From: Pseudomonadota bacterium
GTDB taxonomy: Bacteria; Desulfobacterota; Syntrophorhabdia; Syntrophorhabdales; Syntrophorhabdaceae
Assembly (NCBI GenBank): GCA_026388315.1
Contig: JAPLKA010000037.1
Location: forward strand, 34,259 to 98,258
DNA: 64,000 nucleotides
Direction of reading: 5' to 3'
Part shown: positions 1 through 9,410 of the stretch, piece by piece
How positions within the stretch are numbered: the first letter of the stretch is position 1
Layout of the letters: the number at the start of each line of letters is the position of its first letter
The notes under the pieces: generated by a model
The model's database searches: none
What the model saw: the letters and a program-made list of their open reading frames with translations, nothing else
Told to the model about the DNA's origin: nothing
Program-made: the position numbers and the translations under genes

Positions 1-2
1 TC

Positions 3-1019
3 ACGGGTGGTTCAAGACGCGAGCGATTAAGTGTTGCCATCGATATTATCAGCCGCTTTCCCAAACTGTTCTTGAATCTGATGGTTGCCAATACAGAGAG
101 ACTATCTCTCCCTGCAATTAACGACGTCGCCGTGCTCATCAGTCGAATTTCAAAGAGAAGTAATAATGGGTTCGATAACTTTCGCGTCGGCACATCTTGC
201 GGCTGTCCACCCAATGCACCTTTTTTCCCTTTCTCCCGTCATGAAGGTGGCGAGGTTGCGTTCAGCTTTGCACTTGAGACCACCGGTGTCGCACTTGCAG
301 TTGCAAATGAATTGGGGCCGTATCCAAACATAGACAGCTATCGCGATAACCTTGTAGCCCGGCTTGCACCTATTTTATTTGATATTCAGCGATTAGGAGA
401 GCGGATCGCAAAGGATTCTGGTTGTGAGTTTCGCGGCATTGATGCCTCATTTTCACCATTCCCCGATGGGCATATGTCAGTTGCAACGCTTGTGGAAAGG
501 TTGAGTGGCGCACCAGTGGGGAGTCATGGCAGTGTATTTATTACCGCTATTTTAACTGATGTTATTCGAGCAGCGCTGCTGAAAAGCGGCGCACTTCCAG
601 TAGGATTCAATGGTGTCATGTACTCACTGCTCGAGGACAATGGTCTTGCATCCGCCAATAGCAGGCGCTTGATAAGTTTGGATGGACTCGTTGCCTTGGC
701 ATCCGTTTGTGCTTGTGGTGTTGACATGGTTCCCGTGCCTGGTAATAGTTTTCCTGAGGAACTTGCTGCTGTGATGATAGATATTGCTGCGATGTCTCTT
801 TCGTTGAAAAAACCGCTTGGCATCCGTTTGTTGCCGATTCCGGGGCGGTCAAACAACGAACTTACACAGTTCAATCTTGATTTTCTTTGTGATAGCCGTG
901 TAATGGGACTTAGCGCCACTGATCGCAGTTTGGAAAGTGCTGCTCATGCCTTTGGAATGTTGGCACCGTCAAGGCTCATTCCAACAAAAAAAACGTTTAA
1001 ATGGAGGTCCAAAATATAG
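3..1019 (+). CDS. UPF0210/DUF711 family protein, 5' end cut by window edge
   Basis: Frame 3 is open from base 3, with no stop before the listed TTG at 72. Blocks GIDASFSPFPDG, GSHGSVFITAILTD, VCACGVDMVPVPG and GIRLLPIPG match my recollection of DUF711 conserved blocks. Confidence 0.7.
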   Translation, partial: TGGSRRERLSVAIDIISRFPKLFLNLMVANTERLSLPAINDVAVLISRISKRSNNGFDNFRVGTSCGCPPNAPFFPFSRHEGGEVAFSFALETTGVALAVANELGPYPNIDSYRDNLVARLAPILFDIQRLGERIAKDSGCEFRGIDASFSPFPDGHMSVATLVERLSGAPVGSHGSVFITAILTDVIRAALLKSGALPVGFNGVMYSLLEDNGLASANSRRLISLDGLVALASVCACGVDMVPVPGNSFPEELAAVMIDIAAMSLSLKKPLGIRLLPIPGRSNNELTQFNLDFLCDSRVMGLSATDRSLESAAHAFGMLAPSRLIPTKKTFKWRSKI

Positions 1020-1718
1020 ATGATTGAAAAAGACAAAGTGAAACGATTTTGGGATGCACGTGCACAAACTTATGATTCATTGCCTTTTGAGAGCATCGCT
1101 AATTTAGAACAAGATGCTGATAACCTCGAATTAAAAATTCGTTTGGAAACAGAGAAAGTTTTTGCTTGGCTTCCACAGATCAAAGACCGAAACATTCTCG
1201 ACTTGGGCGCTGGGGTTGGACAATGGTCATTTCGATTTGTCGATTATGGCGCAAAATCAATTGTAGCTGTAGAATATTCCGAGCCGTTAAGCGAGATTGG
1301 TCGACTGGAAGCGCTATGTCGTGGTGTCCAGAATATAGAGTTTGTGGTATCACCAGCGGAGGATTACATTGCGGACCGATCATTCGATATTATCTTTATA
1401 TCGGGTTTGTTTGTTTACATGAACGACGACCAGGCAGCTAAATTGATGGCCAACTTTATTCAGGCATGTCATGCTGAAACGATAATTCTTCTGCGGGATG
1501 GAACGGGAATTGAGGGGCGATACGAAATCAACGACAGATTTTCGGAGCATCTAAATGTCCATTATTCGGCAACATATCGTAGTCGAAATGAATATCTTGA
1601 GATGTTCAATAAGGCCGGGCTCTCTCGTATTAAGGATGAGAATATGTTCGATGAGAGTTGTTCATTAAACAAATACCCTGAAACACGCCTGCGGGTATAT
1701 CTCTTCAAGGTCAAATAA
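1020..1718 (+). CDS. class I SAM-dependent methyltransferase
   Basis: Motif I ILDLGAGVGQWS, acidic loop VAVEYS and motif FDIIFISGLFVYM. The ATG directly abuts the upstream stop. Confidence 0.85.
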   Translation: MIEKDKVKRFWDARAQTYDSLPFESIANLEQDADNLELKIRLETEKVFAWLPQIKDRNILDLGAGVGQWSFRFVDYGAKSIVAVEYSEPLSEIGRLEALCRGVQNIEFVVSPAEDYIADRSFDIIFISGLFVYMNDDQAAKLMANFIQACHAETIILLRDGTGIEGRYEINDRFSEHLNVHYSATYRSRNEYLEMFNKAGLSRIKDENMFDESCSLNKYPETRLRVYLFKVK

Positions 1719-1722
1719 AACA

Positions 1723-2508
1723 ATGCCTGTTATTAAACCAAGTGGTGGTGAAGTAGATTGGCCCGAGAATGAAGGTGTGCTTGGAATTGTCGGCGTCGCA
1801 CCTTGGGCAACAATAGATTTCTGCAAAGTGCTGTATGAGCGAATCCGAGCAACGAGAGACTGGCATTACCCTCGTGTGATTGCGGATATCAATACAAAAT
1901 TGCCGAGCCGTGGCCGACATCTGCAGCTTGGAGAAATAGACCCATCCCCAGCTATTGCTGCGACCATAAGAGAGTTATACGCGCAAGGTGCAACTGTGGT
2001 CGTTGTTCCGTGCAATACAGCACATATTTTGTATGAAAGATGGTCTAAGGATTCACCCGTCCCGCTACCCCACATTGTGCGTGAAACGCTGGCGCTGGCA
2101 GAGCGTGCCGGTATCAAGAGTTTTACGCCTTTCACTTCCGCTTCCCTTGCATTACATGATCTCTATGGAAAATTAGCGGGAGAATTCAGCCTTCAGTGTC
2201 GTCGGCTGAACGCAGATGAACAAATGATGGTTTCGAGCATGATTGAAGATGTAAAAATACGCGGTGCAATTACCAATGCTAATCTCATTAAGTTTGATGA
2301 GTTGATCACACGGCTGTGGGCAGGTGGTGTTGAGGCGGCTATCTTGGGATGCACCGAACTTTCGTCCTTGCTGGACCGAAGCAAGAAGGATGGTCTTAAG
2401 GCGTTCGACTCCAATATCGCACTCGCACAGGCGGCGCTTAAAGAGCTCCACTTGTCACGACATTTGCTCGATCCTGATGAGATTTTTTTAAAACGGGGCA
2501 TTCGTTAA
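1723..2508 (+). CDS. aspartate/glutamate racemase family protein
   Basis: Two catalytic-Cys blocks, VVVPCNTAH and AILGCTELS, are typical of the Asp/Glu/hydantoin racemase family. N-terminal GIVGVAPWATIDF is also present. Confidence 0.8.
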   Translation: MPVIKPSGGEVDWPENEGVLGIVGVAPWATIDFCKVLYERIRATRDWHYPRVIADINTKLPSRGRHLQLGEIDPSPAIAATIRELYAQGATVVVVPCNTAHILYERWSKDSPVPLPHIVRETLALAERAGIKSFTPFTSASLALHDLYGKLAGEFSLQCRRLNADEQMMVSSMIEDVKIRGAITNANLIKFDELITRLWAGGVEAAILGCTELSSLLDRSKKDGLKAFDSNIALAQAALKELHLSRHLLDPDEIFLKRGIR

Positions 2509-2519
2509 ATGGAGCAGCG

Positions 2520-3764
2520 ATGAACGCTTTTGTTTGTATGGTACCATTGCACTACTACGTTTTTAGAAGCATTTACGAATCCCTGGAGGATTCAGTTTTT
2601 TTAATCCCCCCCCAAACGGATAAGCCAATAGTTGAATATGGTGGCGGTATGAGTTCGAGGGGCCTTTATGATTATGTGTATTCTTTCTTGAAACAGAAAC
2701 ATGTAAATGTTGTGGATTATGGACCTGCTGATATAGATAATTTTGCGGATTTTATTAAAAAAAATGTTCGTAATATCATATGTCCGCATATGTTTACCGG
2801 CGTCCATTTATTAGATAACGTAAGAATTTTTAAAATTGTCTATGGTATTCCCCGAAATATACAGGCGCAGTTTAAATATGAACTCAACTATTTAATGGAT
2901 TTCATCATAGCTTTCGGAGAGGAAGCGTCAGAGAGATATAAGAGCAGGGGGTATGATAACATATTTTATGCAGGCAACCCGATGTTTGATGATTGGTTTA
3001 ACGACAACATTGATGAAGTTCTGTTGGAGCAAATCGAGACAAGATTAGATCACGGCAAGCCGACACTGCTATACTTGCCAACGTGGAACACGTATTCTTC
3101 AATAAACACCTTCGCAGATGAAGTGCTCGGCTTAAGTAACGATTATAATATCATTATCAAGCTGCATCATTGTACGTTTAATGGGGAAATCGATAGACTT
3201 TGCAAATTCATGTCCTATCCCGAGATTAATGTTTTTGGGGACTATATGGACCCATTAGTTCTTTACAGGCTAAGTGATTTGGTTTTAACGGACGGATTAA
3301 GTGGCTCAACATTTGATGCGTTACTTTTAGGCAAACCAACGATTATGCTTGGTTCCTCTGTTGAGGAATATGGTATTGATATTTTTGAGAATGAGATTTT
3401 ATCATCCGATAATAGAGGCCAAAGATTAGTGGAAACCGTAACCATCCCCAAAGATCTTCCTCGCGCAATACAAAACAATCTTGGGAAACGGATACAGTTG
3501 AATGAGGAATTAGAAAGACAACTGTTTTTTAAAACAGACGGGAAGTCAGGAGAACGCATAGCGAAAATTGTTGTTGAGACCGACGATCGCCCGGTAACGC
3601 CATTACTGGAAAAGTACGACAAAGCATTAAAGTTAGTCTCTGACATAAAGCAGCGGGGTATTATCGAAGGGAGCAAAAATGACTTTTTACAACATTGCTA
3701 CCCGGAACAGACAAAAAAACTAGGCATAATTTCAAGAATATCTCACCGTTTATTCAGAAACTGA
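2520..3764 (+). CDS. CDP-glycerol glycerophosphotransferase family (TagB/TagF-like)
   Basis: PTLLYLPTWN, IIIKLHH and LTDGLSGSTFDALLLGKP resemble the C-terminal catalytic region of TagB/TagF enzymes. Confidence 0.65.
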   Translation: MNAFVCMVPLHYYVFRSIYESLEDSVFLIPPQTDKPIVEYGGGMSSRGLYDYVYSFLKQKHVNVVDYGPADIDNFADFIKKNVRNIICPHMFTGVHLLDNVRIFKIVYGIPRNIQAQFKYELNYLMDFIIAFGEEASERYKSRGYDNIFYAGNPMFDDWFNDNIDEVLLEQIETRLDHGKPTLLYLPTWNTYSSINTFADEVLGLSNDYNIIIKLHHCTFNGEIDRLCKFMSYPEINVFGDYMDPLVLYRLSDLVLTDGLSGSTFDALLLGKPTIMLGSSVEEYGIDIFENEILSSDNRGQRLVETVTIPKDLPRAIQNNLGKRIQLNEELERQLFFKTDGKSGERIAKIVVETDDRPVTPLLEKYDKALKLVSDIKQRGIIEGSKNDFLQHCYPEQTKKLGIISRISHRLFRN

Positions 3765-3873
3765 TATTAAATCCAAGCCATCGTGAAGTCTGGCATAACT
3801 GAGTATCCATACTTTCGGCAAAAGTAGAATTCCCCTGCTATATTCCATAAAATGATATGTCTCTTTCATTGAA

Positions 3874-5100
3874 ATGATAATAAACCGATGTGATGAACAT
3901 AAAATGACTTCAAGAGCACGGTTAAAGATTTTTCTTTTTTTGATTATCTTTTTTTTGATTATGTACACTTCTGTAGAGATATGTTCTTGGATTTTAATAG
4001 AATATTATTTAATCCCTTACAATAAAATAAAAATCATAACTGCATCAAAGATAAACGATGGCATAGCTAACTTTACAAAAGGTAATTTTCTATACGATTT
4101 CGATCCGGTTCTTGGCTGGATCATGGTGCCTTATAGTTCAAAGATATATGAGGATTGGAGTTATCATATTGATCATAATGGAGCGCGATCGAATAACAGT
4201 TCAAAGAACATGGCATATATTTCAACCTATGGCGATTCTTTTACTTTTTGTAATCAAGTTTGTGATGATGAAACATGGCAATATTATTTGTCTGATATGA
4301 CGAAGACAAGAGTTTACAATTTTGGAGTTAGTGGTTACGGGACAGATCAAGCATTACTGAAAATTGAAAGGCAATATGGTGATAGCCCCACAAAAATAGT
4401 CATACTTGGAATTTTAAGTGAGAATTTGGGTCGCAATGTTAACCGTTATCGAGCAGTCTATTATATGGGACGCTATGGAGTCGACCTTTGGGGTTCCACT
4501 AAGCCTATGTTTTTTCCTGCTAAGGACAACGAATATGTACTTCTTGAAAATCCAGTGAAGAAACCAGAAGATTTGTATAGGCTTAAAAATAGTGATTTTG
4601 TATCACAAATATGCGAAAAGTATGATTACTGGTATCCTTATTATAATTCCATTCCAAAATTCAAGTTTCCCTTCTTCTGGGCACTAGTGAAGGCCAATTT
4701 TATCAAGAAATCACCTCCCTTCGTAGTTTTAGACTACGATACTAAAGTTGCCGTTATTAATAAGAGTGGAATTGAAACAACAAAGCACATAATAAGAAGG
4801 TTCATAGATTATTCGAAAGAAAAACAGTTTATTCCGATAGTTCTTTTTTTTCCGACTAATCAGGATTTAAAGACTTATTATGAGTTTAACATTCATAACT
4901 TGAGCCAACTAAAAGATGCAATCGATTTTAAAGATTTGATTGTTATTGATATTTTCGATATTTTTCGTGAAACGCTAATAAAGAAGAAAATTAACGGTGA
5001 ATATTTATACATGGATGGAACTCATATAAGTCCTCAAGGTAACCATATTATTGCCAGAGCTATTTATAATGCTCTCCAAGAAAATAATCTTTTAAACTAA
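3874..5100 (+). CDS. SGNH/GDSL-type hydrolase or O-acyl-modifying enzyme, membrane anchored
   Basis: Block I YGDSFTF, block II GVSGYGTDQ and block V DGTHISPQGNH, plus an N-terminal TM helix. ATG 3904 is an alternative start. The gene is AT-rich. Confidence 0.6.
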   Translation: MIINRCDEHKMTSRARLKIFLFLIIFFLIMYTSVEICSWILIEYYLIPYNKIKIITASKINDGIANFTKGNFLYDFDPVLGWIMVPYSSKIYEDWSYHIDHNGARSNNSSKNMAYISTYGDSFTFCNQVCDDETWQYYLSDMTKTRVYNFGVSGYGTDQALLKIERQYGDSPTKIVILGILSENLGRNVNRYRAVYYMGRYGVDLWGSTKPMFFPAKDNEYVLLENPVKKPEDLYRLKNSDFVSQICEKYDYWYPYYNSIPKFKFPFFWALVKANFIKKSPPFVVLDYDTKVAVINKSGIETTKHIIRRFIDYSKEKQFIPIVLFFPTNQDLKTYYEFNIHNLSQLKDAIDFKDLIVIDIFDIFRETLIKKKINGEYLYMDGTHISPQGNHIIARAIYNALQENNLLN

Positions 5101-5104
5101 AAAA

Positions 5105-6352
5105 ATGAAAGTAATTACAAAATGGATTTTTTGCCTTGCTGTGGTGATTATTGCAATTTTCGTATTTTCTGAGAGCGCACTTTCAAAGGTAATTGTATGT
5201 TTCAGGTACGACTATGTATCTAATACTTCAGATCCGGTTGTTGATAATATGGTTATGAATGTATTCATGGAAAGAAACATACCCTTAACGGTTGCGATAA
5301 TCCCCTTTGAGAGGGACATTAAGACCCACAGACCGATTCCTTTTGAAATAAAGGAAAAGACTGCGTTGAAAAAAGCTTCTGATGCGGGAATTGTAGAAAT
5401 TGCTTTGCACGGTTTCCTGGATGAGGCAATAGCCTTTAATAAAAGCGGAGTAAAATTGGAGTATTCATTTATTCTAGCATCCGAGCAAAAGAAAGAAATA
5501 TTACATGGGAAGCAGGAATTAGAGAGTATTTTTAAAAAGAATGTAAAGATCTTTGTTTCCTCTAAAGAGTACGATCGAAACGCATTGGCGGCCTTAGAAG
5601 AAGCGGGCATAGAAATATTGTTGGCCAATAGAAATGGCGTAATTTCAAGAGATTCAAAGTTGAAGTTTCTACCTTCAACATGCACTACGATAGATCTGAT
5701 CAAAACTGTCAAAGAAGCAAAGAAGTACAATTTCTTAAATCCGATAGTGATTAATGTATTTAATCGATACGAGTTTATGGAATCAGATGTAGTCGATTAT
5801 GACATAAAAAAAAGATCGATGTCAGCGTTTAAATTGATTCTGAATGAACTAAAAAAGCAAGATGATGTTGAAATTATGAATATAGGTGGCGTTGCAAAGC
5901 AATATCCTTATACTACAGAAAGCCTGATGGCTCGAAACAAGCTCTATACCACTCTGTTTTTACCACAATTATTCTTGCCCCTTCCTTTCTTTAACCCCAA
6001 AGCCATGATTCCTTCTGATAAGCTTTACTATTTAGAAGCAGACAAGGCAATTTCAATAAAAAAAATCGCGAAATTGAAAGTAAATTTTGTCAATGCCCTC
6101 TCCTTTTTGTCTTTTGTTTTGGTAGGATTTCTAATCTTTCGATTCCTGATATTGAAAGTAATCTTAAGGAAATTACTTAAAATAAACATTTATCGAATAA
6201 CATCTGTTTCATTGTTTGCCCTTGCAATGCTTTACTCGATTAGAAACGGGAGGCTTGAGTCTATAGCTGGAATAATCGTAGCCTTTTTTGTCGGCCTTTT
6301 ATCCGGGGAATTAGTACGGTTTAACTGCGATACTAAAAAAACTGATTACTGA
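5105..6352 (+). CDS. polysaccharide deacetylase-like / DUF2334-like protein with C-terminal TM helices
   Basis: N-terminal signal/anchor. The VCFRYDY ... ALHGF pattern is reminiscent of DUF2334. There are two to three C-terminal TM helices. The family call is weak. Confidence 0.4.
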   Translation: MKVITKWIFCLAVVIIAIFVFSESALSKVIVCFRYDYVSNTSDPVVDNMVMNVFMERNIPLTVAIIPFERDIKTHRPIPFEIKEKTALKKASDAGIVEIALHGFLDEAIAFNKSGVKLEYSFILASEQKKEILHGKQELESIFKKNVKIFVSSKEYDRNALAALEEAGIEILLANRNGVISRDSKLKFLPSTCTTIDLIKTVKEAKKYNFLNPIVINVFNRYEFMESDVVDYDIKKRSMSAFKLILNELKKQDDVEIMNIGGVAKQYPYTTESLMARNKLYTTLFLPQLFLPLPFFNPKAMIPSDKLYYLEADKAISIKKIAKLKVNFVNALSFLSFVLVGFLIFRFLILKVILRKLLKINIYRITSVSLFALAMLYSIRNGRLESIAGIIVAFFVGLLSGELVRFNCDTKKTDY

Positions 6353-6416
6353 AATATTACGGTCACACTTTATAAGTAAGTAGGAAAAATATTCGTTTTT
6401 ATCTGTGAATCTATCC

Positions 6417-7631
6417 ATGGCCACTTTGAAGAAATTAAGAATATTGTGCATTGGATGGGCAAGTAGCATCCATGTAGAAAGGATGATGACCTGGATGGCA
6501 AGTAGGGGTCATGAGGTCTCGATACTAACAGATATACCCAAAGAAATACCTAGCGTTACAGTATATGACCTCCGGAGAAAACCTGACCTGAGGCCGCGCC
6601 TCGAGAGATATAAAGACGCTTATTCCAACGTACACTGGAAATGGCTCTTCAAACTGAATGAAATTATTCGTATTAGAAAAATTGTTAAGGAAATAAAGCC
6701 TGACATTGTTCATTCGTTTACCCTTTGGTACCCTGGATATCTTGGTGTTTATCTGAGTTTTCATCCTTATATGGTCACGGTTTTTAATGGTGACGTTTTG
6801 TGGAAACAAGAACATATAGATTTTTATACAAAGATAAGGACAAAATACGCAATAAAGAAGGCCGACTTAATAACTGGTGAGTCTCAGGCTTTGATAGATG
6901 CATGTGTGGTGCACGGTGCTGATAAAAGCAAAGTTCATGTTACGCGCAATGGAGGGGTTGACTTAAGAGTGTTTAATCCAAACGGAAACAAGGCAGAAAT
7001 TCGCCGTATGTTAAACCTTCAGGCAGACTCGAAGATTGTCTTAAGTCCTCGAAACACCGGTTTGTTCTACAATCTGGACAAGATCGTAAAGGCCATACCA
7101 AAGGTAAGAAAGTCTGTTGATGACATCGTTTTTGTCTTTATCTGGCATTCGCCTGCAGAAAAGGGAAATGAGTTACTTGGTTTGGCATCGAATCTGGGTG
7201 TGAAGGATGCAGTGAAAATAGTAGGTTATGTCAATCATGATGTAGTTGCACTGTACCATAGGGCTGCGGATGTAATGGTTTCAATCTCCGATAGGGATTC
7301 GGGACCGATGGCCTTGCAGGAGGCGATGGCATGCGGGGATGTCCCGGTGATAAGCGATTTGCCTTCTGTAAGAGAGTGGATACAAGATGGCTGGAATGGA
7401 TTATTGGTTGACATGAACAATGTTGATCAGGTTGCAGATTCCATTATTACACTGTTGGAAAATGATGAAATGAGGAAATCCTTTGCTGAAAGAAATTTGC
7501 AATTGATACAGGAAAAAGGCGACCAGGAATACTGGATGGGTAAAATGGAAGAGTTGTATTATTCTTTGGTGAAAGGTGGAAAAGACAGGCAAGGGGCAAG
7601 GGGATCAGGAAATGGTAAAAGTCAGAACTAA
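6417..7631 (+). CDS. GT4-family glycosyltransferase
   Basis: C-terminal block GPMALQEAMACGDVPVISDLPSVREWIQDGWNGLLV (EX7E type). I prefer ATG 6417 over the listed GTG 6405. Confidence 0.85.
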   Translation: MATLKKLRILCIGWASSIHVERMMTWMASRGHEVSILTDIPKEIPSVTVYDLRRKPDLRPRLERYKDAYSNVHWKWLFKLNEIIRIRKIVKEIKPDIVHSFTLWYPGYLGVYLSFHPYMVTVFNGDVLWKQEHIDFYTKIRTKYAIKKADLITGESQALIDACVVHGADKSKVHVTRNGGVDLRVFNPNGNKAEIRRMLNLQADSKIVLSPRNTGLFYNLDKIVKAIPKVRKSVDDIVFVFIWHSPAEKGNELLGLASNLGVKDAVKIVGYVNHDVVALYHRAADVMVSISDRDSGPMALQEAMACGDVPVISDLPSVREWIQDGWNGLLVDMNNVDQVADSIITLLENDEMRKSFAERNLQLIQEKGDQEYWMGKMEELYYSLVKGGKDRQGARGSGNGKSQN

Positions 7632-7693
7632 TGGAAATATCGAATCGCTGATTAACCAAAACTGTCTTTAAATCAAAAAAGTGGGGTTTGAAT

Positions 7694-8074
7694 ATGAGAA
7701 TTATAAGAATAACAGCAAGATTAACTAATTTAGAAAAAACAGGAGAGCCATACGAAGCAGATTTTTTAGTTGATACGGGAGCTATTGATTGTATGGCCCC
7801 TGAGTCTGAATTAATTAAAGCAGGTATAAAGGTTGAGGGAAAAGAAGTATATGAATTAGCCAATGGGCAGTCTGTAGAATACAAATTTGGATTTGCAAGA
7901 GTTTCATTCATGGGATCGGAAACAGTAACACAAGTAATATTTGGATCTGAAGATTCAGAGCCAATCCTCGGTGTAGTGGCATTAGAAAATACAGGCATAG
8001 GAGTTGACCCTGTTACAAGAACCCTCAAAAGAATGGCTGCAAAACCGTTGAAGTCCTTTACGACGGCAGGCTGA
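7694..8074 (+). CDS. retropepsin-like (clan AA) aspartic protease
   Basis: FLVDTGAIDCMAP (D-T-G active site) and ILGVVALENTGIGVDP, with a size near 125 aa. I prefer ATG 7694 to TTG 7688. Confidence 0.7.
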   Translation: MRIIRITARLTNLEKTGEPYEADFLVDTGAIDCMAPESELIKAGIKVEGKEVYELANGQSVEYKFGFARVSFMGSETVTQVIFGSEDSEPILGVVALENTGIGVDPVTRTLKRMAAKPLKSFTTAG

Positions 8075-8209
8075 TAATGGAAGCAGTAAGAGATATAATA
8101 GGCGATTCATCCAAGGGAAATGTAACCACAGATATAAATCTGATGTACACAGATGAATACAATGCGATAGTTTGCCCTGTGTCCTGCATTGTGATAAGCC
8201 GTCAATACA

Positions 8210-8320
8210 GTCCACACTCCATGCCCCTTCGGGGCACAAGTAAATTTTTAAGAAACATCTCCTCTCTGCGAACTCTGCGTCTCGAAGTAGCGTAAGCGAC
8301 TGGGCGAGAGGAAAGAATTT
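8210..8320 (+). repeat. dispersed structured repeat, family B copy 1
   Basis: Hairpin tgcccc-ttc-ggggca, then aagtaaattt, then cctctc (8261-8266) pairing with gagagg (8306-8311), ending in gggcgagaggaaa. The same layout occurs at 10561-10850 and 39618-39725. Confidence 0.7.
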
Positions 8321-8496
8321 AGAAGTAAATGTTTTTCAACTCATACGATTCAATCCCGACTGAGGAGGGACAACTCAACACACAACACTGCTTTTAAAAA
8401 GGGGAAATGAATGAGCCATAATTGAAAGATGAGGAAGTAACGAAGATTATAAATGTAATTAGTGGTAATTCATGGTAATTATTTTGGGGGTAACAT

Positions 8497-8844
8497 ATGA
8501 AAAAAGACCATCTTGAAATGATACTGGAAGATATTAAAGAGAAGTTTGACCTTGTCCTTGAGGGCCACGAAGTACTCCACAGGGAAATTCAAGATACCAG
8601 GCAGGAGCTTCGTGAAGAGATCGGCCTGGTGAATGGCAAGGTTGATGCCCTCAACCACAAGATTGATTCCGTGGATAAGAAACTCTCAGATAAGATTGAT
8701 TCCGTGGATAAGAAACTCTCAGATAAGATTGATGATGTGGAAAAATCCCTCAAACAGGAGATCAGGGCAGTAGCTGACGATCTTGCCGCCCACCGTGCTG
8801 ACACTGAATCACACGGGAAAGGTTACAAGGTTTCCGACAGTTAA
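8497..8844 (+). CDS. small coiled-coil protein with 11-residue repeats
   Basis: ATG with an upstream gggggtaaca. The sequence is charged and helical, with KIDSVDKKLSD repeated. Confidence 0.6.
   Translation: MKKDHLEMILEDIKEKFDLVLEGHEVLHREIQDTRQELREEIGLVNGKVDALNHKIDSVDKKLSDKIDSVDKKLSDKIDDVEKSLKQEIRAVADDLAAHRADTESHGKGYKVSDS
8659..8740 (+). repeat. 33-bp perfect tandem duplication (2.3 copies) inside the CDS
   Basis: aagattgattccgtggataagaaactctcagat occurs at 8659-8691 and again at 8692-8724, followed by a partial third copy. Confidence 0.9.
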
Positions 8845-8864
8845 AAAAAGCAGTTTTTGCCACA

Positions 8865-9005
8865 GATAAGATCGGATATAAATCTGATGAATGAGAGATG
8901 TATTGGTTTTGGTCAGAATTATGGATACCCCGCAAATTCTGCCCAAACAGCTCACCCTTCGGGTAACTGTAATATCCATTCAACAATAGCGCCTAAGGCG
9001 CTACG
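8865..9005 (+). mobile_element. MITE-like / IR-bounded module, family A copy 1
   Basis: The core 8907-8975 (ttttggtcagaattatggata...ttctgcccaaacag...cccttcgggta) is about 85% identical to 47542-47616 and to the reverse complement of 46138-46213. The left end gataagatcggat resembles ggataagagcggat of the other copies. Confidence 0.45.
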
Positions 9006-9179
9006 GAAGGTGTTGGTCATCTGAGAGTAACAAATTGAAATTACTTGGACAAAACTCAAGACCGCTTTTATGGCGTGGCCCGACACCAAGTAATAATCAC
9101 GACCCAATCAAAACAACCAACAACCAATTTTTTCTTGAAACATGCTATACTATAATAAGATTAATAAATGGAGGTGCAA

Positions 9180-9407
9180 ATGATCAGGGCGAGTTTTGTG
9201 GTGAAACTTAACGATCTTGATTCAAGCCTCATTGAAAAGCTGAGGAGTGTATTTAAAAACGATAATGTTGTTGAGATTAATATATCGGACAGTCTTGATG
9301 AAACAGAATACTTAATGTCAACTCCAGCAAATCGTGAATCCCTTGAAAGATCGTTGGAACAGCTCAAAAGACGGGAATTCGTATCGATTTCTGCCGGTGA
9401 ACTATAA
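9180..9407 (+). CDS. antitoxin with YefM/Phd-like C-terminal toxin-binding tail
   Basis: GGAGGTG lies 4 nt before ATG 9180. The C-terminus DETEYLMSTPANRESLERSLEQLK resembles the YefM EETAYLLRSPANARRL region. It lies 3 nt upstream of yoeB. Confidence 0.7.
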   Translation: MIRASFVVKLNDLDSSLIEKLRSVFKNDNVVEINISDSLDETEYLMSTPANRESLERSLEQLKRREFVSISAGEL

Positions 9408-9410
9408 GGC

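Noticed and set aside
5212-5730. 172-aa antisense ORF. Antisense ORFs also occur at 24084-24575, 7447-8028, 25269-25721 and elsewhere
   Set aside because: Each is fully embedded antisense in a gene with clear family motifs. Long antisense ORFs are expected by chance in compositionally biased genes.
8077-8295. 72-aa ORF, and similar short ORFs at 39507-39728, 46023-46211 (minus) and 47544-47735
   Set aside because: All lie on dispersed repeat copies. The apparent peptide conservation between them is explained by DNA repeat identity.
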